Shown here: positions 39,187-48,790 of the stretch, in pieces
Numbering within the stretch: the stretch's first letter is position 1
Layout of the letters: every line of letters starts with the position of its first letter
Assembly (NCBI GenBank): GCA_964291285.2
Contig: OZ219787.1
Coordinates: forward strand, 1,408,001 to 1,472,000
Direction: 5' to 3'
Source of the DNA: Alphaproteobacteria bacterium
GTDB taxonomy: Bacteria > Pseudomonadota > Alphaproteobacteria > Bin95
Length of the DNA: 64,000 nt
Position numbers and translations under genes: made by a program
Notes under the pieces: generated by a model
The model's input: the letters and a program-made list of their open reading frames with translations, nothing else
Databases searched by the model: none
What the model was told of the DNA's origin: nothing

Positions 39187-41125
39187 GAGGCGTGTGCGCT
39201 GTTTGGAAGTGCTTTCTGAGCAAGGCATTGCGGAGGGTCTGGATTTTTCTTACCCCGTCAGGATGGCTGATTTCCGGGGTTTTTGCGGTTTGAAGGGAAA
39301 GGTTTTGTGGATTTCCACCCCATGGCCGTGCGCGGGCTGGTTTTCGGGCGCGTCGCGTTGAGGCGCGGGACTGAGTAGAAGGTGTCGCCATCGGGCCTGC
39401 GGCCCCTGTTCCATCCACCGGCGCTGGTTGGGAGAACGTGATGGCGACAGCGGAGAAGTTAGCCTTTTCGTGGTGGTCTGTGGAGGGCCTTGCGGACCTT
39501 GAGCGTCTGCGTGTGGTGCTCGACACGCTTCCCGACGAGAAGGTTGTGGCTGCGCTTGAGGCGGGTCGAGGCCGGGGTCGCAACGACTACCCGGTGCGGG
39601 CGATGTGGCGGGCTCTGATCGCGGGGATCGTGTTCCAGCATGCCTCGATGCAGTCGCTGCTGCGTGAGCTGGGCCGCAACCCGGCATTGCTTGAGATTTG
39701 CGGGTTCGAGGCGCTGCCCTTGCAGGGTGCGCCGGTGGTGGCGCTTTGCGCGGGGCGGGTGGTGAGGTATCCGGCGCCGTTGCGCTCGACGGTGCCGGGC
39801 GCCTGGAACTTCTCGCGGTTCCTGGGGCGCGTGGTGCGCCTTGAGGACGAGCGCGGCCTTGTGTCGGGGATGATCGGGCGTCTGCGCGCCTCGCTGTTCG
39901 AGGAGTTGCCGGACTTCGGTCGCCATCTCGGGTATGACGGCAAGGCGGTGGCGAGCCACTCGACGGGCCGGGTTGCCGGGGCCAGGGGGCAGACCTCGGA
40001 CCCCGATGCGGACTGGGGCAGGCACGAGACGGGCGGGGTGAACGCGAAGACCGGCGCGGTGTGGAAGAAGGTGAAGTCGTGGTTCGGCTACGGGCTGCAC
40101 CTGATCGCCGACACGGACCACGAGGTTCCTGTGGCCTTCGAGGTGACGCGGGCGTCGGCATCGGAACCCGGGGTGCTGTCCGGGATGCTGGAGGAGTTGT
40201 TCGCCGAGGCGCCGGAGATGGCCGGGCGCTGCGCCGATTTCAGCGCCGACCGCGGTCTCGACAACGCCCGCCTGAAGGCGCGGTTGTGGGACAGGTGGCA
40301 TATCCGCCCGCTGATCGACACGCGCCTGATGTGGCGGGCGGAGAAGAAGGAGCCGGGCCATGACCCGGCCCGGCCGATCACGCGACCGCTGTTCCCCGGG
40401 CGCGCCGACGTCATCGTTCATGACGAACGCGGCCGGGTGTCCTGCGTGTGCCCGCAGACCGGCGAGGTCCGCGCCATGGCCTTCCAGGGGTTCGAGGTCG
40501 GGCGCGGCGTCTGCGGCACGCTCAAATACCGCTGCCCCGCAGCCGCCTTCGGCTTCGAGTGCAAGGGACGCCGGGCCTGCCATCGGGCGGGTGGGGTGAA
40601 GTCCGGCGAATACGGCCGCATCCTGCGCGTCGACCTCGACAGCCATGACCGGCGTATCTTCACGCCCACGCCCTGGGGCAGCCCGTCATGGCGGCGCGGA
40701 TACAACCGGCGCACCGCCATGGAGCGGATCAACGCCCGCCTCGACCGCAGCTTCAACTTCGAGACCCATTACATCCGCGGACGCGCGAAGATGAAGACCC
40801 GCATCGGGCTGGCCCTGGCGGTCATGATGGCCATGGCGCTTGCACAGGCCCGCGCCGGACGCGTCGCACGCATGCGCTCCCTGGTCGGCCCGGCGCCATA
40901 CCTCGATACCGGCTGACCCCTCAGCCGACTGCCGACAACGCTGACCCAACCCGCCGGACCCCGGCATACGGACAAACGCGACCGAAGGCCGGCGATGCTG
41001 CCGGGCTGGGCCGCTCAAGTTCGAAAAGCAACCGCGGCGACCGCCTCGAACGCCGGAACAAACAACATCAACACCCGGACCCAACGTCCCATCCGACCGG
41101 AAAAACCCCACAGCGCAAATTTCTC
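39187..41125 (+). mobile_element. IS element (IS1182/IS5-like DDE)
   Basis: IRs GAGGCGTGTGCGCTGT / GAGAAATTTGCGCTGT; 6-bp direct repeat GTCTCG at 39181-39186 and 41126-41131. Confidence 0.75.
39441..40916 (+). CDS. DDE transposase (DUF772 N-terminus, IS1182-like)
   Basis: GRNDYPVRAMWRALIA, YDGKAV, SDPDADWG, FGYGLHLIAD, ADRGLD, YNRRTAMERINARL. Confidence 0.85.
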   Translation: MATAEKLAFSWWSVEGLADLERLRVVLDTLPDEKVVAALEAGRGRGRNDYPVRAMWRALIAGIVFQHASMQSLLRELGRNPALLEICGFEALPLQGAPVVALCAGRVVRYPAPLRSTVPGAWNFSRFLGRVVRLEDERGLVSGMIGRLRASLFEELPDFGRHLGYDGKAVASHSTGRVAGARGQTSDPDADWGRHETGGVNAKTGAVWKKVKSWFGYGLHLIADTDHEVPVAFEVTRASASEPGVLSGMLEELFAEAPEMAGRCADFSADRGLDNARLKARLWDRWHIRPLIDTRLMWRAEKKEPGHDPARPITRPLFPGRADVIVHDERGRVSCVCPQTGEVRAMAFQGFEVGRGVCGTLKYRCPAAAFGFECKGRRACHRAGGVKSGEYGRILRVDLDSHDRRIFTPTPWGSPSWRRGYNRRTAMERINARLDRSFNFETHYIRGRAKMKTRIGLALAVMMAMALAQARAGRVARMRSLVGPAPYLDTG

Positions 41126-41170
41126 GTCTCGACAGGGAAAATTTTTAGTCGAACCGCGGGCTTTGTCTGA

Positions 41171-42101
41171 GAGCCTGACTCGAAACTCGCTGAAGTTTTT
41201 CAAGGCCTTGCGAGTCGGCGTGTTGTGAGCCGGATATGGGCGATGTTGATCCATGCTTCGCTTGAGGCGATGGATTTTTCCCAGTCTTTTGCCAGCCTGC
41301 GGCAGCGCCCGAGCCATGCGAAGGTGCGTTCGACGACCCATCGTCCGGGGAGGACTTCGAAGCCGTTGGCGGTGTCGGAGCGTTTGACGATTTCGAGCGT
41401 CCACTTGCCGATCCTGTCGAGGGCGCCGCGCAGTTTCGGCCCGGCATATCCGCCATCGGCGAACAGATGACGCAGCCAGGGGCAGGCGTGGCGGATGGAT
41501 TTCAGCACGGCCGGGGCGCCGTCGCGGTCCTGAACGTCGGCGGCATGTACGACGAGGCCGAAGAGCATGCCGATGGTGTCGACGACAGCGTGGCGCTTGC
41601 GCCCTTTGACCTTCTTGCCGGCGTCATAGCCGCTAACCCCGCCTGCCTCCGTGGTTTTCACCGTCTGGCTGTCGATCACGCCCGCGCTCGGCTGGGCCTC
41701 GCGCCCCTCGCGTTCGCGCGCCTGCACGGCCAGGTGGAACCGGATCGTCTGCCACAGCCTGTTGTCGCGCCACTCGTAGAAATAGCGCTGCACCGTCGAG
41801 ACCGGCGGAAAGTCCTTCGGCAGCTGGCGCCACTGACAACCGGTCGTGGCCATATACAGCACCGCATTTACGACCTCGCGCAGATCGGTCTGGCGCGGGC
41901 GACCGATACGGCAGGGCAACGGCATGAAGGGCTCGATCAGAGACCACTCAGCGTCGGTCAGATCGCTTGCATATCGTGGGCAGTCCCGCCGATACTCCCG
42001 GCGAGCGGTTTCGGTCCAGGGCATTCGTGGCTCCGTTCAGATGCATAACCGAACTGAATCACAATCCCTTGAAACCGCTCAACTCTTTTTGGGTCAGGCT
42101 C
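41171..42101 (-). mobile_element. IS5-family (IS1031-like) insertion sequence
   Basis: IR GAGCCTGAC / GTCAGGCTC; TGA duplicated at 41168-41170 and 42102-42104. Confidence 0.9.
41200..42024 (-). CDS. IS5-family (IS1031) transposase
   Basis: RYASDLTDAEW, GCQWRQLP, IDSQTVK, KGRKRH, ADGGY, RWVVERTFAW. Confidence 0.95.
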   Translation of the reverse strand: MPWTETARREYRRDCPRYASDLTDAEWSLIEPFMPLPCRIGRPRQTDLREVVNAVLYMATTGCQWRQLPKDFPPVSTVQRYFYEWRDNRLWQTIRFHLAVQAREREGREAQPSAGVIDSQTVKTTEAGGVSGYDAGKKVKGRKRHAVVDTIGMLFGLVVHAADVQDRDGAPAVLKSIRHACPWLRHLFADGGYAGPKLRGALDRIGKWTLEIVKRSDTANGFEVLPGRWVVERTFAWLGRCRRLAKDWEKSIASSEAWINIAHIRLTTRRLARP

Positions 42102-42270
42102 TGAGTGATTTCGGTCTGGCTGCCGGTGTTTTGGGGAACCCCAGACGTTTCTGGCCGCCGTCATGGTGGTTTCTTGATGCCGCGGTCCAGTGTTTTCGTC
42201 CTCGACGGGCGCAGTTGTTTTGCTGCGCCGTTCTTCGGCCCGAGCCTGTATTGCGGTGGGGGGTGGGGTA

Positions 42271-44067
42271 TCAGCCGCTGGGCGCGATCATAATCGCGTC
42301 GAGGGCCTCTTGGGCGCGGGCGGCGTAGTGCCGGTTGGCCTCGGGTACATATCGGAAGCGTCCGTCGCAGCGCACGATAGCGATGGCCGCGTTGCTCAAG
42401 CAGGCCAGATTTCCGGGCAGGTGGCGCACATATGCCCGGCAACGGTCTTCGTCATAGGTGAAGTCACGCACATAGTGCACACGGTTCTCGATGTGCCAGT
42501 GGTTGCGCACCAGATCGAGAAGCTCCTTGGGGCCGGCTCGCTCTGCGCCAAGCGACGTCAGGCTCCAGGTGACCTCGATGCTGCGCTTGCCGGTTTTGAG
42601 CATCTTGCGCTCGCGTTCCATGCGCATTGCCTGGCGGCGCCCGTGAAGGTGGGCGTAGCCGTCCCACTCGGCAGCGCAGAGGTCGACGACGGCGCAGCGT
42701 CGGCGCTCAATGCGACCATGGCCCTTGTCGACGGTTTCGTGCCAGGGCGCATCGCTGAAGTCGATCGCCTTGAGGTCTTCGAGGATGGTCTGCTGGTTGC
42801 CCTTCACCGCGCTGACCACGTAGTCGGCACGGCGTTCGAGCAGGCAACGCGCGGTCTCGTGCTGGGCGTGCATCGCATCGATGGTGACGATCCGGCCTGT
42901 GAGGTCGAGACCGCTGGAAAGTTCGCGCACGGCCGGGATTTCGTTGCTTTTGGAGCTGACTTCGACCTGCCCGAGGACCACGCCGGTGTCATGCGCCACC
43001 GCAGCGACCATCCTCCTGCGCCGGTCTTCGGTCTGCTTCGAGGCACCGCGCAAATCCTTTCCGTCCATGGCCACAGGCGCGTGCGCACTGCTGTGCTGTC
43101 CGGCCCACTGGCCGATGGCATTGTCCAGGGTCTGTGGCGGCAGGGCGGCGAGGATGTTGTGGAAGGTGGTGACCGCCGGCGGCGTGTAGCACTGCCTGGA
43201 TGGGCTCCAGAAGGCGCCCACCGCCTTGAGTTGCTTCTGGGAGAGCAGGGCGGCGAACTGGGCGAAGGCGTTCACACCCCGGTATCCGGCAAGCCGGGCG
43301 GCAACGGCCAGCGTCAGAATGGTGGTGAGCGCATAGCGCTTGCCCCGGGCATGGCGGTATTCGGGCACCTCGCCCAAACACTCGAACAGGCTGCGCAGCC
43401 GGGGCGCCGCCATCGGCTCGGTGTGCTGCTCAGCGTTCCAGTCTGCCGGTATCTCGGGATGGCTCAGCGCCTCGGGGGCGCCGTGTGTCAGTTCGAACAC
43501 GAAGACCTCCTTGGGCTGGCCGTGGTGACGCCAGCGCGCCACCCCTCCGGGCTCGCGGGCAAAGCCGCGCGTCAGACCCAGAGAGCGCCAGTTGGCCGCG
43601 CGGTAGCAGGTGCCGGCGAAGCGCGAGACGTCCACAAACGTCTCCGCCACAACAGCCGGATAGCCATGCGCCGCCCGCAGGTCCTGCGACAGCCGCCGCA
43701 CGCTCAGCCCCAGCACCCGCGAGGCAAGGTTGGGAACCCGCTCAGGCGTCAGGATGACAAAGCGCGAGTTGTTGGCAACCAGATGCAGGCGACGGAACTG
43801 CTGCTCCGCCGACCACCCGATCCAGCGGTCCCGCGCTCCCACCTTGAACGCTCCAGGCTGCCAGCCAACCAGGGCAAGCCAGGCCTCGCCATGAACCGCG
43901 ACATGGCGCAGACCCTTGCCGATGATGCCGTGGAACCGCAGATAGTGGTGCGCCGCTACCAAATCGTCCCAGCGCCGGTGCTCCCGTGCCCCCCAGGTCG
44001 GGCGCACCGTGACCGCGCGAAGATCAACCCAAACACCCGCAAACAGAAACCTCGCCATGACCGGCAC
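42271..44067 (-). CDS. DUF4338 (DruA-like) domain fused to ISAs1 transposase
   Basis: N-terminal HHYL, RDRWIGW, ANNSRF, PNLASR, ETFVD, GTCYRAANW; C-terminal AMDGKDLRG, KSNEIP, TIDAMH, VKGNQ, HGRIERR, RNHWHIENRVHYVRD. Confidence 0.9.
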   Translation of the reverse strand: MPVMARFLFAGVWVDLRAVTVRPTWGAREHRRWDDLVAAHHYLRFHGIIGKGLRHVAVHGEAWLALVGWQPGAFKVGARDRWIGWSAEQQFRRLHLVANNSRFVILTPERVPNLASRVLGLSVRRLSQDLRAAHGYPAVVAETFVDVSRFAGTCYRAANWRSLGLTRGFAREPGGVARWRHHGQPKEVFVFELTHGAPEALSHPEIPADWNAEQHTEPMAAPRLRSLFECLGEVPEYRHARGKRYALTTILTLAVAARLAGYRGVNAFAQFAALLSQKQLKAVGAFWSPSRQCYTPPAVTTFHNILAALPPQTLDNAIGQWAGQHSSAHAPVAMDGKDLRGASKQTEDRRRRMVAAVAHDTGVVLGQVEVSSKSNEIPAVRELSSGLDLTGRIVTIDAMHAQHETARCLLERRADYVVSAVKGNQQTILEDLKAIDFSDAPWHETVDKGHGRIERRRCAVVDLCAAEWDGYAHLHGRRQAMRMERERKMLKTGKRSIEVTWSLTSLGAERAGPKELLDLVRNHWHIENRVHYVRDFTYDEDRCRAYVRHLPGNLACLSNAAIAIVRCDGRFRYVPEANRHYAARAQEALDAIMIAPSG

Positions 44068-44411
44068 ACTGACATATCAAGAAAAAAATGGCCACCCCGG
44101 ACCCCACCTCAACATGGCCCACAGGCAGACAATTAATTCGCCCTGCTCGTCTCGACCATATGGTTGACAGGTGTAGGTGACGGTCGTAAAAGGCGCTTAT
44201 TTGCTGGCGTTGCGCGTTTTTGCGGGGCGTGATGATCGCAGTGATTGTGGTGCGGCGGTGTTTGTGACGGGGGCCTGGGACGGAAGGAGGGCGTAGCCCG
44301 ACTGGAGTCGCCGGCCCCCGTCGCGTTGATATTTTCGCCTGCCGAGGGGAGGGTGTCCTGGCGCTGTCGGCGGGGGTCGCCGGGCTGCGCGAGGGGGTAG
44401 ACTGGGGCTGC

Positions 44412-44540
44412 TGAGAACGATGCGGCGCCGGCCCCGTTTGCTAGGTGGCAACGACCGGCGCCGCACCCCCCGAGCCATGCAAGGCACGGCCCGTATGCGC
44501 AGTATCGTAGGCGTTCGGGCGTGGGTCCACCCCGTTCTCA
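44412..44540 (+). ncRNA. Candidate multi-stem RNA in the IS21 leader
   Basis: Outer stem TGAGAACG/CGTTCTCA enclosing TGCGGCGCCGG/CCGGCGCCGCA and two smaller hairpins; TAGACT about 10 nt upstream. Confidence 0.4.
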
Positions 44541-44552
44541 TCGGTCTTTGCG

Positions 44553-44987
44553 ATGAGGAACGCCGCCCGCCTGTTCACCTGCGCTTCGTGCCATCGCCAG
44601 GTTGTGCTGTGCCGGCGGTGCGACCACGGCAACATCTACTGCTCGCGTCCGTGCAGCGGCCGGGCGCGGCGGCGCTCGCTGCGCCTTGCCGGGCGTCGCT
44701 ACCAGAACAGCCGGCGGGGCCGTCACAAGCATGCCGAACGCCAGCGGCGCTACCGCGAGCGCCGTCGCGTCCGTGCGCCTGAGGAGGGGCGCCGTGCGCA
44801 GAAAGTGACGCATCACCCTTTGACCCGTTCACCGCGCCGTCCTGTTGTGGCGGGCATGCCGGCGGGGCGCTCGGGAAGGAGGCCCTTCGGACCCGACCGT
44901 CCCGCCGGAGTGTTCCGCTGCGATCACTGCGGGCGGTTCTGCGCCCGGGCGGTCTATCCGGGCCTGCGCCCGGCGCGAAGGGAGTGA
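44553..44987 (+). CDS. Cys-rich, Arg-rich accessory protein (putative Zn finger)
   Basis: CxxC..CxxC..CxxxC, basic helix and C-terminal CDHC; stop 1 nt before istA. Confidence 0.7.
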   Translation: MRNAARLFTCASCHRQVVLCRRCDHGNIYCSRPCSGRARRRSLRLAGRRYQNSRRGRHKHAERQRRYRERRRVRAPEEGRRAQKVTHHPLTRSPRRPVVAGMPAGRSGRRPFGPDRPAGVFRCDHCGRFCARAVYPGLRPARRE

Positions 44988-44988
44988 G

Positions 44989-46494
44989 ATGGCGATCGAC
45001 CAGCAGACCCGGGCCGAGATCCTGCGGCTGTATTTTGCCGAGAAGTGGCGGATCGGCACGATCGCGCGCCAGCTCGGCGTCCACCACGGCACGGTCGAGC
45101 GCGCGGTGGCGGCCGCCGGGGCGCCCACGCCTGAGAAGCGGCGCAGATCTTCGATGATCGATCCGTTCCTGCCCTTCGTCCGCCAGACCCTGGCGGTCTG
45201 GCCGAAGTTGCCCTCCAGCCGGCTCTACCGGATGGCGGTCGAGCGCGGTTACCGGGGGTGCGAGAGCCACTTCCGGCGCATGATCGCGCCCGAGCGTCCG
45301 CGGCCGGTGGCCGAGGCCTATCTGCGCCTCAAGGCCCTGCCCGGCGAGCAGGCCCAGGTCGACTGGGCCCACTTCGGCAAGGTGAGGATCGGGCGTGCGG
45401 AGCGCCCGCTGATGGCCTTCGTGATGGTGCTCGGCCACTCGCGCCGCCTCTTCCTGCGCTTCTACCTCAACGCCGGGATGGACAACTTCCTGCGCGGCCA
45501 TGTCGAGGCCTTCGAGGCTTGGCAGGGCGTGCCCCGCGAGCTCTGGTACGACAATCTGAAGAGCGTCGTGCTGGAGCGGCGCGGCGACGCCATCCGCTTC
45601 AATCCCCGGCTTCTCGACTTCGCAGGCGCCTACCGCTTCCTGCCGAAGCCGGTCGCGGTCGCCCGAGGCAACGAGAAGGGCCGCGTCGAGCGGGCCATAC
45701 GCTATGTGCGCGACAGCTTCTTCGCCGCCCGCGCCTGGCGTGACCTCGACGATCTCAACGCCCAGGCCCGGGAGTGGTGCGAGGGCGTCGCCGCCGACCG
45801 CCCCTGGCCGGACGACCGCTCCCTCACCGTGAGCGAGGCCTTCGAGCGCGAGCGCGGCTCCCTGATGGCGCTGCCCGACGACCGTCCCCCCGTCGACGAG
45901 AGGGTCGAGGTCAGGATCGCCAAGACCCCCTATGCCAGGTTCGACCTCAATGACTACAGCGTCCCGCATACCCATGTCCGGCGCACCCTCACCGTGGCCG
46001 CGACGCTGGAAGAGGTGCGCATCCTCGACGGCATGGAGGTCATCGCCCGCCATCCGCGCAGCTTCGACAAGGCGGCCCGCATCGAGAACCCCGAACACAT
46101 TGAGGAGCTGGTCAGGCGCAAGCGTCACGCCCGCAGCCTGCGCGGGCAGAGCCGGCTGCTCCAGGCCGCGCCCAACAGCGAGCGCCTGATCGCCGAGGCC
46201 GCCCCCCGCGGCGCTTATATCGGCGCCACCGTCGCCGCCCTGCTGCGCCTGCTCGACCAATACGGCGCCGCCGAGCTCGAAGCCGCCATCGACGAGGCCC
46301 TCGAACGCGGCGTCCCCCATCCCAATGCCGTGCGCCTCAGCCTCACACGGCGGCGCGAACTGCAGGACAGGCCGCCGCCGATCCCCATCGACCTGCCCAG
46401 GGACCCGCGCGTGCGCGACATCGCCGTGCGCGATCACGATCTCGGCGGATACGACGGGCTGGCCGGCTACCATGAAAAGGACAGCGAAGAATGA
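44989..46494 (+). CDS. istA: IS21 transposase IstA
   Basis: PGEQAQVDW, GVPRELWYDN, EKGRVERAIRY. Confidence 0.95.
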   Translation: MAIDQQTRAEILRLYFAEKWRIGTIARQLGVHHGTVERAVAAAGAPTPEKRRRSSMIDPFLPFVRQTLAVWPKLPSSRLYRMAVERGYRGCESHFRRMIAPERPRPVAEAYLRLKALPGEQAQVDWAHFGKVRIGRAERPLMAFVMVLGHSRRLFLRFYLNAGMDNFLRGHVEAFEAWQGVPRELWYDNLKSVVLERRGDAIRFNPRLLDFAGAYRFLPKPVAVARGNEKGRVERAIRYVRDSFFAARAWRDLDDLNAQAREWCEGVAADRPWPDDRSLTVSEAFERERGSLMALPDDRPPVDERVEVRIAKTPYARFDLNDYSVPHTHVRRTLTVAATLEEVRILDGMEVIARHPRSFDKAARIENPEHIEELVRRKRHARSLRGQSRLLQAAPNSERLIAEAAPRGAYIGATVAALLRLLDQYGAAELEAAIDEALERGVPHPNAVRLSLTRRRELQDRPPPIPIDLPRDPRVRDIAVRDHDLGGYDGLAGYHEKDSEE

Positions 46495-47285
46495 CCGACA
46501 CCCTCATGAACCGCGCCCGCGCGCTGGGCCTGCACGGCCTCCTCGCCCATTGGGGCGAAGTCGCGGAGCGCGACTGGCTCGCCTCCCTGATCGCGTGGGA
46601 AGAAGATGAGAAGCGCGCCCGAAGCCTCAAACGCCGCCTCGCCGACGCCCGCCTCGGACAGTTCAAGCCGCTCGCAGACTTCGACTGGGACTGGCCAAGG
46701 CGCTGCGACCGCATGGCCGTCGAGGACCTCATGACCCTCGACTTCCTCAAGGAGGCCGCAAACCTCGTACTGGTCGGACCCAACGGCGTCGGAAAGTCCA
46801 CCATCGCCGCCAATATCGCCCACCGCGCCGTCCTCGAAGGCCACATCGTGCGCTTCGCAACCGCCGCCAGCCTGCTCGGCGAACTCGCCGCCATCGACTC
46901 CGACACCCTGCTCCAGCGCAGGCTGCGCTTCTACGCCCGACAGCACCTGCTGGTCATCGACGAAGTCGGATATCTCTCCTACTCCAACCGCCACGCCGAC
47001 CTGCTGTTCAACATCGTCTCAAGCCGCAGCCAGCAGAACTCAACCATAATCACCACGAACCGCCCCTTCGCCGAGTGGAGCGAGGCCTTCCCAAACGCCG
47101 CCTGCCTGGTCGCCCTCGTCGACCGGCTCGTCCACAACGCCGAGATCGTCGCCATCGACGGCGACTCCTGGCGCCGCAAGGAAGCCGAGGAACGTCAGAA
47201 GCAGCGCAGCGCCGAACGCCGCCGCCGGCGCGGACCGAAAGCCGGGCAAAGCACTGGAAAGGCGAACCCGGTCCCGTCGCCATAG
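46491..47285 (+). CDS. istB: IS21 AAA+ helper ATPase IstB
   Basis: GPNGVGKS, LLVIDEVGY, ITTNRPFAEW, DRLVHNA. Confidence 0.95.
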   Translation: MTDTLMNRARALGLHGLLAHWGEVAERDWLASLIAWEEDEKRARSLKRRLADARLGQFKPLADFDWDWPRRCDRMAVEDLMTLDFLKEAANLVLVGPNGVGKSTIAANIAHRAVLEGHIVRFATAASLLGELAAIDSDTLLQRRLRFYARQHLLVIDEVGYLSYSNRHADLLFNIVSSRSQQNSTIITTNRPFAEWSEAFPNAACLVALVDRLVHNAEIVAIDGDSWRRKEAEERQKQRSAERRRRRGPKAGQSTGKANPVPSP

Positions 47286-47287
47286 CC

Positions 47288-48160
47288 ATGCATCCCTCCC
47301 GCCCCCGCGAGCGGCGGGTGCGGGCCGAGAGCCTGCGGGGCTATCCCCTCGAACCCGTCGCCCGAGCCCTCGGCTACCGCAGCGATCCCGACAATGCCGT
47401 GCGCTGGAGACGGCCAGGATCGGTCCTCTCCATCAACCGCTTCATGTTCTACGACCATCTGCGCGCAGAGGAGGGAGCCGGGGCTATCGAACTGGCGGTC
47501 CATGCGCTCGGATGCACCCCGCCGGACGCCATCGACTTCCTCGCCGAACTGTCCGACCTCTCAATGCCCCCAGGCGGCCGCCGGCAGGCGCCGGCCAAGG
47601 ACCCCCGCTGGCCCAACCTCCGGCGATACCTCGTCGAGCGGCGCGGCCTCGCGGACGCGCTCGTCATCCTGTGCCGCGACCTCGGCCTGGTCCATGCCGA
47701 CCCTCACGGCAACCCCGTGTTCGTCCGCCGAAACGCCGCCGGCGAGGCTACCGGCATCGAAACCGTCACCGCTGACCGCAAAACGACCGCGGGCGGCGGC
47801 TTCTGGATGTCCTGGGAGACCGAATGGCCACACGCCGTCATCCTGGCCGGCAACGCCCTCGACGCACTCTCCATCCTCTCCCTCCACCTCGGCCCGGTAA
47901 AACGCACCGAATGCGCCACCGTCTCCACCGGCGCCGTCGCCACCAAAGTCCCCAAATGGATCGAGGCATGGAACCCGCGCCTCATCTTCTGTGCATACGA
48001 CGCCACCACAAACGGCGATCACGCCGCAAGGCGCCTCGCCCGCAACGACACCAGAATCGTCCGGCTGCGACCCGCACTCGACAACCGGGACTGGAACGAC
48101 ATGCTCATCCGCGACCGAGCCGGCGAACCAATCGAAACCGATGACCAACAGATCAACTGA
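47288..48160 (+). CDS. DUF3991/Toprim primase-like protein
   Basis: GAGAIEL, YLVERRGL, VILAGNALDALS, IFCAYDAT..G..AA, RLRP..DWNDML. Confidence 0.75.
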   Translation: MHPSRPRERRVRAESLRGYPLEPVARALGYRSDPDNAVRWRRPGSVLSINRFMFYDHLRAEEGAGAIELAVHALGCTPPDAIDFLAELSDLSMPPGGRRQAPAKDPRWPNLRRYLVERRGLADALVILCRDLGLVHADPHGNPVFVRRNAAGEATGIETVTADRKTTAGGGFWMSWETEWPHAVILAGNALDALSILSLHLGPVKRTECATVSTGAVATKVPKWIEAWNPRLIFCAYDATTNGDHAARRLARNDTRIVRLRPALDNRDWNDMLIRDRAGEPIETDDQQIN

Positions 48161-48238
48161 AAAACCGCAACCGGCCGAAAAATGTCAGCGAATAGGCGCG
48201 CTCTGTAACCGTCGCTAACAGGCAGGCAGATTACGACG

Positions 48239-48790
48239 TCAAGCGTCGCCGGCCGGTCCGCCTGCGCCCCTGTAGAACAGATCGGGCTGCGGCGGGGTTG
48301 TCCGACCGGTTCCGTCATCGGACCCTGACCCCGCCGGCCTGACCGGTGCTTTCGACACTTCCGCCGTTTCCTCTGCCGTCTCCGGCAGAACGGCTGCCGC
48401 GACTATTGCAGCGCGCTTTTCGCCGAGCACCCGGCGAAGCAGTTCGAGTGCCTGCTCGCGTCGACCGTCCCGATCCATCGCCTTGAACCGCGCTTCCAGC
48501 AGGGCGCGCATGCCGTCCGCGAGATTCGACGGCGCTTCGCCGCCGCAACGCAGATCGCGGGCAGCCGCCGTCATGGTGCGGGAGAGGTCGCGCTGCTCGC
48601 CTGCATCGAGGACCAGCGGCCGGGCAGCCACCGTCTCCGGAAACGGGTCCACGGTGAGCGCACATTCGCAGAACCAGGGTGAGAACTGCTTTCCGCGCTC
48701 GGCCGCCCAGGCGCCGATTTGCTCCCGCTCTTCCCTGGTCAGGGAGACCGTACGGTTCATTCCGGGCTTTCGGTTGCGAGGCTTCGTCAC
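48239..48790 (-). CDS. Hypothetical protein with RHH-like N-terminus
   Basis: RTVSLTREEREQIGAWAAERGKQFSPWF; GTGA overlap with upstream gene. Confidence 0.6.
   Translation of the reverse strand: MTKPRNRKPGMNRTVSLTREEREQIGAWAAERGKQFSPWFCECALTVDPFPETVAARPLVLDAGEQRDLSRTMTAAARDLRCGGEAPSNLADGMRALLEARFKAMDRDGRREQALELLRRVLGEKRAAIVAAAVLPETAEETAEVSKAPVRPAGSGSDDGTGRTTPPQPDLFYRGAGGPAGDA

Larger units (their letters stand above)
41133..44145 (-). mobile_element. ISAs1-family element containing a nested IS5
   Basis: Ends CAGGGAAAATT / CAGGGCGAATT; 10-bp duplication CTCGTCTCGA at 41123-41132 and 44146-44155. Confidence 0.9.
44172..48220 (+). mobile_element. IS21-family element with two extra genes
   Basis: TG...CA ends, 40-bp IRs 27/40 identical; flanks GACAGG / GGCAGG. 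Confidence 0.85.

Noticed and set aside
42271-44067. Druantia system
   Set aside because: DUF4338 lies inside an IS and no DruE-like helicase is adjacent
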